Below are positions 23,801-34,359 of a stretch of DNA of 64,000 nt, one piece after another. The notes under the pieces were generated by a model. The model did no database searches. It was not told where the DNA came from and saw only the letters and a list, made by a program, of their open reading frames with translations. The translations under genes and the position numbers were made by a program. The stretch is from Aplysia californica (Eukaryota), in the NCBI RefSeq assembly GCF_000002075.1, contig NW_004797343.1:1640242-1704241 (forward strand), written 5' to 3'. Every line of letters begins with the position of its first letter. Position 1 is the stretch's first letter.

Positions 23801-25869
23801 ATTTTGCGGCACTTTTGCATGCCAAGCACATGATTCAGTTCAAGTGTGGAAAAGTCATATCAAGCACAGTCAAAATTGTTCAAGACAGCCACCTGTTATC
23901 GAGGGTTTTAAAAAATGGTTGTGTTAGACAACTGAACTTTGTGGACAGTGTTATGATGATACTAAGAAAATACAAGGGGGGGGGGAAGCAGCAAGTGATC
24001 ATTTGTACAAGTGATTGTCTTGGACAGATGACCATCATAGCAGGTTTGACAGTTATAGTTATGCGAGAGTGATTGCCTTCTCTTTTGTTATTTCCTTTCT
24101 TTTGTCACAGAAAAGTCATCTGTTTACAGTTTTGTGCTTATCTTGGATGTTTGTACAATAGTTGGAGTGCTTAACACTTGTGTTTTATAGCATGTAAGTG
24201 AGAGTATTTGAATATAGTTAACAGGACCAAGTGTATGCGCCGCACACATATCAAAGTTCAAGGGCCATAAATATTTTTGTATTGTGGCCCATATCTCAGC
24301 CGCAAAAAAGATCTTCACATCTTTTTTTTTCCGCGGCACAAAATGACCATCCTTGTGTTGATGTGCTTCTATTTAACTCAAACTTGAAGACTAGATTCTA
24401 CCTACTTACTCCGTGTCCTGTCCCCATGCATACAAAAAAGTTTTTCTCTCTTCTTTTTTTTTTCGGATGTCAACGATTTGATAAAAAGCTGCTGGAGTTG
24501 TATGTAGAAAGTCTGCTTTGTAGCTTTTACCGAAAGTGTCGTTTTGTGTGGAGTACGGTTTGCTCCTTCTTTCCTTACTAAACATTTATCATCCTTTTCT
24601 TTCCTTCTTGTCTCCATGTGTTACTCTCTAGGAACACGTCTAATCTTAGTCACTTGTATGACCCTTTTTTTGTTGCATGTAAAAGGTAAAGCTCTAACTA
24701 AAACTGAACTTTCTCTTCTTGTGGCTGGCTTTTGTGTTGTTTCTTTTGCTTGTTGTAGCTTTGCTTGATAATGTGTAGTCTTTGTGAATGCAAACAGTCA
24801 TTAAAACTGTGGATAGTTGACAGATGCTCTGGTGTTATTAGCTTTGTCTTTTCTACAAACCTTCATCATCCTTATCTCCCCTTTTCTAGGTATGTTACTC
24901 TCTTCTAACACCTCTAATCTTTTGCACTTATGTGACCTATTTGTGTTGAAAGGGTCATGAAACTCTTAACACTCATTTAAAAAAAAAAAAAACAGTTTGT
25001 AGACCAAACATGTCTGTGTTGTATCGTAGCAGTTTGGTGCTTTACCATCACACGTAATAGAGGTGAGTTCAACTCTCATGTGGGAAGAATTTTTATCTAG
25101 TACCTCCATCTGTCTGCTGGAGCATCTTATCCCTTTCAGACTGTGTTGGCCCTGGCAGACAGCCTGTCTCCTAAATGAAATTAACAGTACGGAAGGAGAC
25201 CTAAAACTTCTATGATTAATGACCTAGTTCTTTTTAACATCGCATGTTATCCCTTGATCTTGCTAAAGTAATGGTCTGTCTTGTATCTTTTTCTGCCACT
25301 GTCTCTCAAAGTTAAGTAATGATTTGCCTGTGGCATTAAATGTTGTTTGTTTTTATTTTTGTATTCAGCAAGTGAAAAATGAGTATTGTTCAAGGCTCTG
25401 TTATTTTCTGTATTAAATTTTCATTCTTTCTTGTCCTGCATATAAATTTTTGTAATAGATATAATGTGCATTTTTCTGTTTCTTCTTTTTTGCTGATTGA
25501 AGTTAGTGAATTGTGCAGTATTCAGCACAATGAATTTCACTGTGAGATTCCTTATTTCTTGGCACTGTTTAAGCCTTAATTTTTTTTTTCAATCATGCAC
25601 ATCGGAGAGTCTTAGAAGAGGGTTTGGGTGATTGTTCTGTGGACTATTAAGGACGGAGAGATTAGTTCATCATCCTGTGTGCTGTGATGTTATATCCCAC
25701 CCAGCCCAGCCCGGGTTGGCCTTGGCCTTGACAGGCAGGGCCAAACACAGCCTGCCTCCTAAATTGTCCAAATTAGGTCAATGAGAACATAAACATTTAC
25801 AATCAATTTGTCGGATTAGCATGAGACTGGCAGTTCTTGGTGCCAAGTTTCTGCATGTTCGACTCTACC

Positions 25870-26098
25870 AAAAGCTGACAAAATGCTTTTTAAAATATTT
25901 ACAACAACAGTTTAGAAATAAACAAACTTTTTTTTGTTAGCATAACCATTTAAAAAAGACATTTTTCCAAAATTTGTATTCTAGTACTAGTCACAGTTTC
26001 ACTTTGATTTTTTTCACACAAGTGGGGTATCGGGCTTTCGATATCGCAAATAAAAAAATGTGGGGCCAAAAATGAAAAAAGGCATTTTGTCAGCTTAA
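25870..26098. mobile_element. Small MITE-like element
   Basis: aagctgacaaaatgc / gcattttgtcagctt inverted ends. Confidence 0.55.
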
Positions 26099-26322
26099 GG
26101 CAGTATTGTTGTCTTTGTGTTAGCAGCATTCTGATCGGACAGCCTTAATTCAACTTTGTGTGGATGTCTTTATATTTTATGCTGTGGTTCTCAAATGGTA
26201 ATGTTTTGTAAGTGCATGATTCCTAAGTGGTCCATGGTTTTTTTGGGTAAATGAATTGTTCTCAAATGGTTCTGTTTTGTAAGTGTATGGTTCTTAAATT
26301 GTTATTATTTTTTTAAGTGTAT

Positions 26323-27070
26323 GGTTCTCAGATGGTTCTGTTTTGTAAGTTTTTGTCTAGTTCTCAAATGGTTCTGTTTTGTAAGTATTTGTCTAGTTCT
26401 CAAATGGTTTTGTTTTGTAAGTATTTGTCTAGTTCTCAAATGGTTCTGTTTTGTAAGTATCTGTCTAGTTCTCAAATGGTTCTGTTTTGTAAGTATTTGT
26501 CTAGTTCTCAAATGGTTCTGTTTTGTAAGTATTTGTCTAGTTCTCAAATGGTTCTGTTTTGTAAGTATTTGTCTAGTTCTCAAATGGTTCTGTTTTGTAA
26601 GTATTTGTCTAGTTCTCAAATGGTTCTGTTTTGTAAGTATCTGTCTAGTTCTCAAGTGGTTCTGTTTTGTAAGTATCTGTCTAGTTCTCAAATGGTTCTG
26701 TTTTGTAAGTATCTGTCTAGTTCTCAAATGGTTCTGTTTTGTAAGTATCTGTCTAGTTCTCAAATGGTTCTGTTTTGTAAGTATCTGTCTAGTTCTCAAA
26801 TGGTTCTGTTTTGTAAGTATTTGTCTAGTTCTCAAATGGTTCTGTTTTGTAAGTATTTGTCTAGTTCTCAAGTGGTTCTGTTTTGTAAGTATTTGTCTAG
26901 TTCTCAAGTGGTTCTGTTTTGTAAGTATTTGTCTAGTTCTCAAGTGGTTCTGTTTTGTAAGTATTTGTCTAGTTCTCAAGTGGTTCTGTTTTGTAAGTAT
27001 TTGTCTAGTTCTCAAATGGTTCTGTTTTGTAAGTATCTGTCTAGTTCTCAAATGGTTCTGTTTTGTAAGT
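26323..27070. repeat. 36-bp minisatellite, about 21 copies
   Basis: Unit gttctcaaatggttctgttttgtaagtatttgtcta. Confidence 0.97.
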
Positions 27071-28119
27071 GTCATTATGGGTCTGATTTCTTGTTTAAAG
27101 AGAAAAACAACACACTAAAAAAAAGCAAAACAGGTTGTTACATATTTCAAGGTTTGTTCTGTTGTCATTTCTCATCTTTTAGTCTATAATTTTGTCTGTA
27201 ATCAATACATTGAATATGAACAGTTTCGCGACAAAATGCGACCTATCCATTTTTCCAGTTCTGAGAAAATTGGAGATTTCTGTTCTTCACCCATTTACTG
27301 ACTGAATAATCCAAAGCAACTATGTTTTTAGAGTAAACATAATGTTAGGCTTAGCTGATATTTGCTAACTGAATTCCATGTTGAATTCTTATCCTTTAAA
27401 TTGATGGGATTGCCACACATTTTTGGCAAACCGCGACATATATGATGTAACAGTAATAAGGAAGGGAAAAGACTGCCGACAAACTTTCATCAACTACAAA
27501 TGGATTCATGCGACACAGGGAAAGAATTTGATTGATGCACGGACGGTAAATTGTGGTTTGTCAGAAAGGTCTACTGCTTTTGTCGTGTTTTGTTTTTAAA
27601 GAAGCGTAACTTTCTGCAGTTTTTAAAGAGGAAAAAATTGCTGTGGGTTTTTTTGGTTTGGGGGGGGGGGGGGGGGGAGGAGGGTTGATACTGGAATGTG
27701 CCTCACCTTTCTAGATATGCAGGTACTAGTTTGACCAGATTTAAAAGATGGCATTAGTCATATTTTGTCGTAAAAGTATTCATATGTTCATGTATATGAA
27801 ACTGTTTTTTATATGTTCATGTTTGTGAAAATGATGTAAAACAATTGTGTGGCTGTATCTGTCAAGGGCAGTCATTGTGCAGGACAGGGGTCGGCAATCT
27901 TTTTGGCCCACTAGATCTCACAGGAGTTCAGAGAAAGCTCACTAGATGGGTGGTTGGCGGGTCCTCTGGTGTGGTTTGCTCCTTCTTTCCTATCAAACTT
28001 CTATCTCCTCATCTCTCCTCTTTTTCCTACGTTGTAGTGTCCCTTGCCTTCAGGCAGCCACGTTTTTATTTTGAAGCTACTCTATTTTTTTTTTATACTA
28101 ACTACAATATTTTCAGTTT

Positions 28120-28450
28120 TGGTAGAAATTATTTGTGAGTTTTGCCCAGATGGCAGCCGAAGCCTACACTATCGAATTTTAGAACCACCAAGGGATCATT
28201 TACGTAATTGCATGTACAACTTGTACACGGAATCCCCATGATGTTTTGCCCTTATCCATCTAGGCTTGGTATTCGATCTTACCTACTCTAAGGTCAGGGG
28301 TGTTGCTGAAAGACAGCAGCAAGAAGGAATCAAGAGCGAGGAAGAGAAGAGCTAAGAGGGGGTCGGGGGAGGGAGAGGGGGGGATAAAGACTGATAACAG
28401 AACAGAAATAGAGGACAGAAAAGGTAGACAAAGGAGAACATTTTAGAGAA
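28120..28450 (-). mobile_element. SINE A copy, decayed
   Basis: Colinear with 1835-2336. Confidence 0.7.
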
Positions 28451-28629
28451 GCTTTCAGGTTTTGAATATATGGAACGTTTCGACTAATAGGCAAACACTG
28501 TACCTCTTGATCAGTAGAGCCCCCGAGTGATGACAATGGCAACTCTTACCTCCCAGGGCGGTGCCACTAAGTGAAGTGTCTTTAGGTCATTCCCAAAGGG
28601 GGGACAATTCTCGTTCTAGTGCGCAATAG

Positions 28630-28943
28630 AATTGTAAATGGGCTGATCTAACAATGTCATTCTCATAACTGTGCCTGATCTACAACAGGGAACTACTGGT
28701 TTTTCTTTCCTAATCCTTACTATCGTCATTTTCCTCTATTTCTTTTGTATGTTTGTCACACTCTTGTAACCCGCTATTTCCGGGGGTGCCTTGATAGTCG
28801 AAGCAGACTTTGTGCTGCTGAAGATAGAGAGGTAAGCAGAGTAAGTCTGATTCCCTGTAAGGACTTCTCTGTTGACATCCACCCCTTGGCGCTCATATGA
28901 CCTTATGCAGTTGCGAGTGCCGAAAAACCTCAACTAAAACTAA
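28630..28943 (+). mobile_element. Family D retroposon (C-like core, ~100-bp extra module, shared tail); copies at 14420-14690 (+) and 33895-34165 (-)
   Basis: Three colinear copies containing gccttgatagtcgaag..gacttctct..gacatcc and the shared tail. Confidence 0.75.
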
Positions 28944-29393
28944 ATGACAACTCTTAATCATATGCATATATGTAACTGACTTTTTGTAAAGAAAAAAAAC
29001 AAAATATGCATAGCAAAGCCCATTAGGCTATAGGATATATAGTAAATGAGAAAAGAAACATTAGGCTGGGTGGAAACATTCATTAGGCTTGAGGCAGCGA
29101 GAGATCTTGTCTGTGTATTAGTGTTTTAGTGCCTGTAAATGGCAGCTTGCACTGTAAGCTTCCCAGGAAGTTGGGCTTGTTTTGGAATGCCATCGGGTCT
29201 GCTCGGGTAATAATATTAAAGATTGTAAAGTGCATAGAGCTTGCTGTTGAGCGGGAATTTGCACTGTACAAAGGCTATCTTTTATATTATTATTATTATT
29301 ATTATGTGGTTTCCGATCCCTGCTGTACTGTAAGAGAACGGGTATGCATGTTTTGTTGGTCGGGTTTTTCGTATAAACTGTCAAGCCACAGTG

Positions 29394-29575
29394 GGTGTGT
29401 GATTGGCGGGTGCTCTGGTGTGGTTTGCTTCTACTTTCCTATCAGACATCTATCGTCCTTATCTCCCCTTCTTCTTTTTTTTACGTTTGTTACTCAAGAG
29501 AGTAACACCTCTAATCTTCTGGCGCTCATATGACATTATGCAGTTGCGAGCGCCCTAAAACTTCTACTAAAACAA
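29394..29575 (+). mobile_element. Family C element
   Basis: Complete unit; near-perfect TSD aagccac(a/c)gtg at 29383-29393 and 29576-29586. Confidence 0.8.
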
Positions 29576-29679
29576 AAGCCACCGTGTGTGATGTGTTGGT
29601 AGAGAAAGTGACCGATATTTCAAAGTAAAATGCCACATTTTAGTGTTAGTCGTCATCATGATATCTATTGTTACATAAC

Positions 29680-30200
29680 TTTGTGTGTGCCTGGAGAAAG
29701 GTTCAAGTTGTCAGCACAGCTATTTTTGAGCAGCAGGGGGAAAAGGCCCAAAAAGGCGAACCTGGTTCTACTTTACTTTATTTTACTTTACTTCTCCGAT
29801 CCAGCGGCCATTTGGGTTCTAGTTAGCCCTTCGGTCGAACCTGGTCAAAAATTTAGTTCCATAGGGTTTAACTTTAACCATCTCTTAACAACATATTGAA
29901 AGGATTTTATATTTTATGTCTAAATATTTTTTTAATTAATTTTTGTTGCAAAATGTTGTACTTTATCAAAGGTTAAAAACATCCTAGAAATTGGATCAAC
30001 TCACTTAGTTTCCCCCAATCTTTGTTTTTACACACCCTATGTGTAACAAAACGTGGCTTATCTTTAAAACTACGAACTCAAGATATATTTCAAAATTAAA
30101 AGTTCAGTGTGTTCAGCATTGAATTTGCCACAAGAATGTACCCTTATTTCAATATCCAAAATTTCTGACAACTTTGACCTGTTTCCAGGCACACACACAA
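29680..30200. mobile_element. MITE-like element with ~35-bp inverted ends
   Basis: ttgtgtgtgcctggagaaaggttcaagttgtcag / ctgacaactttgacctgtttccaggcacacacacaa. Confidence 0.65.
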
Positions 30201-31327
30201 TTATCCTGTGTAGGACAGAATATGGGGAGTAGCTATGAAGTATTTTGTACAATCGAACAAAAAACAGCACTCATTATTCTCTTGTAGGGCTCTCATGGTA
30301 TACTTTATCAGTGGAATCATATACCTTAAAGGCTTAAAAGTTGGTATTCTTTACAGGTTCAAATCTTTCTTTCCTATCAAACATCTACCATATATATATA
30401 TAAATTTATCTCTTTTTCTTCTTCCTTTTTTGGGTAACACTTCTTAATCTTCAGCACTTATAGGGCCTTGTTTGTATTGCAAGTGCCATAAAACTTGCCG
30501 AAAGTTTAGTACAGGGATTCCGATGATTCCAGTGTCTGTGGTGTAGTGGTTGGGCCATTATTTGTGCAGAGTGCTTTACTGGTTCACATTCATTCAGGAT
30601 TTTTAGTAACCTGTCTTTGGAGATGTTTTAAAAAAAAATGACTGCAATAAGTTGGGTTGGTTTGTTTTTTTTTAAGAAGGTGCCTTTGCCAACACACAAA
30701 AAATACCAAAAACAACTTACTGTAGCCTCATTTATTCTTGATGCTAGGCATATCTGATTTATATGTTGTGAGTTTGTTATTTGCAAAGACATGTTACTGC
30801 ATGTTTGTGTGGTTTGAATCCTTGCAAAGCTATTTGTTAGTCTAGTTAGGTGGGGAATCTTTTAAGTTTGGCTTGATCTAAACTGTACCAATGGGGGCAT
30901 AAAACACATATATATCACAAAGTCTTTTCTCTCTTTCGTGGTTTGTGGATGCTCTGCTGATGTGGCATGATCCCTCTTCCCTGTCAAACATCTTTCATCC
31001 TTAAATCTCTCCTCTTTATATTCTTTTATGTTACTCCCGAGTAACACCTGTAATCTTTTGACACTTAGATGAGTTATAATTTGGGTTGCAAGTACTAAAG
31101 CTTAACACACAAAAATTCTTATACAGCCATGGTTGTGTTCAAAAAGCTGTGAAACTGTTTAATTAAACACAAGCCTTTCACGGAATGTGATGTCAGAGCC
31201 CTGTGTAGTGTGATTTTGATCATCTTTTTTACCACTTTGTTTTTGTACATTGAAAGCCCTTTGAAAATGACCGTGACTGCATCGTGATCGTTTCTTCATT
31301 ATAAATGTAAAATCTGCTCTCATCACA

Positions 31328-31333
31328 AATAAA
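31328..31333 (+). terminator. Candidate distal poly(A) signal of UBE2Z (proximal candidates 21472, 22988)
   Basis: AATAAA followed by GT-rich downstream sequence. Confidence 0.35.
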
Positions 31334-31475
31334 AATGTGTGGAAATTTGATAAAATAATGTGTGTGGTTTCCACAATATTTTGTCTTTCATTTGTCTGCA
31401 GAGTGATGGAGTGGTGTGAGTGGCTGGAGAGTGCAATGTTCCAGCGTACAGAAGAAGAAACACAATAAGAATTCT

Positions 31476-31641
31476 GTTTTAGTTTTAGTAGAGGTTTTAG
31501 CATAGAGTCATATGAGCGCTAGAAGATTAGAGATGTTACAAGAGAGAAACAAATATAAAAAAGAAGAAGGGGAGATAAGGATGATAGGTGTTTGATAGGA
31601 AAGAAGGAGCAAACCACCCAGAGCACCGGCCAACCAACCAC
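31476..31641 (-). mobile_element. Family C element
   Basis: Perfect 10-bp TSD taagaattct at 31466-31475 and 31642-31651. Confidence 0.85.
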
Positions 31642-32344
31642 TAAGAATTCTCTGATCCGGAAGATACACGATAGGATGGAATGGGGGAACCATGATCGTC
31701 AGTGTCACAAATAACACACAAATGCCAGAGATTAGAGGTGTTACTAGGGAGTAACGAACAAAGATTATAAAGAGGAGAGATAAGGATGATAGATGTTTGA
31801 TAGGAAAGAGGGATCAGACCACATGATCAGAGCGCCCACAAACCACCCACATGGAAAGAGAAGAAAGACCTCGTGATATAAGAAAACAGTAGGTGTTGTA
31901 CACCTCCTTTCACCTGAAGGTGGAGAAAGAGGCTAGACTTGTGAGGATTGAGCTGCAGGCCCCAATACCTTCTCTTTCTTGGTGTGGTATATTATTGTAC
32001 TAACGCTACTCATCCACGACTTGTAATGTGTTTACTATCAAGGAGTACTATACAGTACTCTTTGGTTTCTATACTCTGCTGCAATCACATACGTCAGCAG
32101 AATCATGGCTAAATATTGTACAGTTCAACCAAAGGGTGGCTTTATGGTACTCTGATGTGGTTTACTTCTCCATTCCCATTAAAACATGTCCTAATCTCTC
32201 CTCCTCCTTTTTGTGTTTGTTACTCTCTTGTAACTTCTCTGATCTTCGGCACTAATATAATGACTTTATTGTGCAGAAAGTTCCGTAAAACTATTTTATT
32301 AAAACTTTAAAAAACCTTGTTCAATCTGATCTGACAGCCACATT

Positions 32345-32890
32345 TATTTCAGTTGGGTTAGAATTTATTTTTGAATTTTGCATGGGTGGCGGCCGAAGAC
32401 TACTCCCTTCAATTTTAGAACCACTAAATGATCTTTAACGTGCACAACTTGCACACGGGACCTTAGAGATTTGTTCACACGTATCCGAGAAGGTTAGGTG
32501 TTGTTAGATCTTACCTAACCTAAGATGAGGGGTGTGGCTGAAAGGCAGCAGTAAGAAGGAGCCAAAGAGTAGCAATTGAAAGGCTGCAGAAAGAGTCAGG
32601 AGCCCAGTGGAGAGGGCAAAGGAGGTGAGGTGGTGGGGGCAGAAAGTGGAGACAAAAAGGCAGATGACAGATCATGATTAGAGAGCAGGAAAGGTGTTTA
32701 GTTTTTAGTAAGAGTTTTACGGCACTTTCAACACAATAAGGTCATATAAGTGCTGAAGAATACAGGTGTTACAAAAGAGTAACAAACACAAAAAAGGAGA
32801 GATAAGGACGATAGATGTTTGATAGGAAAGAAGCAGCAAACCACACCAGAGCACCCGCCAACCACCCTCCAGGAAAGGTGAAATGAGATG
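32345..32890 (-). mobile_element. SINE A copy interrupted by a family C element
   Basis: Meta-like block near 32430; insertion with TSD at 32686-32880. Confidence 0.75.
32697..32869 (-). mobile_element. Family C element inserted in SINE A
   Basis: 11-bp TSD caggaaaggtg at 32686-32696 and 32870-32880. Confidence 0.87.
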
Positions 32891-32895
32891 AGTTA

Positions 32896-33688
32896 CAGTC
32901 CATGCCGGCTTTAAGCACGGTCATCGGGTTAAGCGTGCTTAATGCCGAAGCGTGCTTGAGTGCGAAGTAGACATAATCCAGAGATTTTCATGTAGAAAAT
33001 TTCCCTTTGTTTGTAAGTAGGCCTATAGCGGTCCCGCAAAAGAGTGCTTTTATTTTTACCCGCCATGGTAGTTTTTGTGTGCTTGTTTGTTTTTGTTTTG
33101 TGGTTGAATGGGAAATGAAAATTTAATTTAGACGGCCAGTCACGATACAGCACACTAGGCCTATACATTGCCTGTGCGTACCACTGCCCGCTGTGTCACG
33201 TTCATACCACCGCCTTCATCCCACCTCGCGCGTGATACACAATCCGGATTAATGGATAGCGAGGGTCAAAGGTGAAATCGTCCTCCCTTTCTCGTCTCCC
33301 CGACACTCTTTGTGTTTTTTTGTTTTTGTTTTGTTTTTTGTCTGTGTGTAGCTTATTGCCCTAGGCTAGATCCTATGTCCACGCGCGCGGCTGTGAGCAT
33401 CTCTCTGCCTTCCTCTCCGCCCGTGTGAGTGCGTTTCTCCATCACGTGCGTTCTTTGTGTTTCTCTTAACACACTCCACTGCTGCGGTGTAGACTGTGTT
33501 CGAACTTCGATGGGTCATCATGAAAGTCAATAAATTAGTGACTGTCTTGTAAATGAAACGTGCCTGAAGCTGAAGTTACCGTGCTTAAAGGCATGTAATT
33601 TATATAGCAAAAATTCGGTAAGAACCGTTTAGCGTGCTTGAGTCCGAAACGTGCTTTATGCCGGCGTGCTTAAAGCCGGCACGGACGG
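32896..33688. mobile_element. Tc1/mariner-pogo-type MITE
   Basis: TIR cagtccatgccggctttaagcacg / cgtgcttaaagccggcacggacgg, TA on both sides; cgtgctt subterminal repeats. Confidence 0.82.
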
Positions 33689-34353
33689 TATTAGAGTTCC
33701 CAGTGTGGGAAGAATTTTTGTCAAGAATCTGTCTTTCTGCTGGGATGTTGTATCCTTCTTAATTTCAGCCCGGATTGGCTCTGACAGTTGGCAGGCATTG
33801 TCAAAAATAGCTTCCTAATGTGAATTGTGCTGATTAAATGAGTTAATTCTCAGATTTCACCGCAATGGCACAAGATAGATGTAAGACATGTATTGTTTTG
33901 TTTTAGTAAGGTTTTACCGCGCCCACAACTGCATAATAAGGTCTTAGGAGCGCCAAGGGGCGGATGTCAATAGAGAAGTCCAAACGGGGAATCAGGCTTA
34001 TTCTGCTCACCTTTCTAGCCTCAACAGCACAAAGTCTACTTCGACTATCAAGGCAACCCGGAAATACCCATTTCTGAGAGAGCGCCAAACATACAAAAGA
34101 AGTAGAGGAAAATGATGATAATAAGGAAGAGGAAAGAAAAAGAAGCAGTTCCGAGACAGTTTAAAATCTAGATTTACTGATTTCATGTGTCTCTTTAACT
34201 TTAAGAGCAACATCCCCATTTGTGGATAATGAGAAGTAACTCATTTTGTCAACACACCTCACAAATTATGTCGATGAGGTCATTAAACAAAACAACACCT
34301 TTACTAATTGAAAAACAAAATTAAAAATGCAGAACTTTGTTTTTATGTTTGTT

Positions 34354-34359
34354 TTTATT
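34354..34359 (-). terminator. Candidate distal poly(A) signal of BAZ2B
   Basis: AATAAA on - followed by a U/GU-rich tract; the T-rich minus-strand composition ends here. Confidence 0.4.

Noticed and set aside
26305-27189. 256-290 aa ORFs and a CRISPR-like 36-bp periodicity
   Set aside because: Head-to-tail minisatellite with no unique spacers or cas genes; the ORFs arise from a stop-free 36-bp unit.
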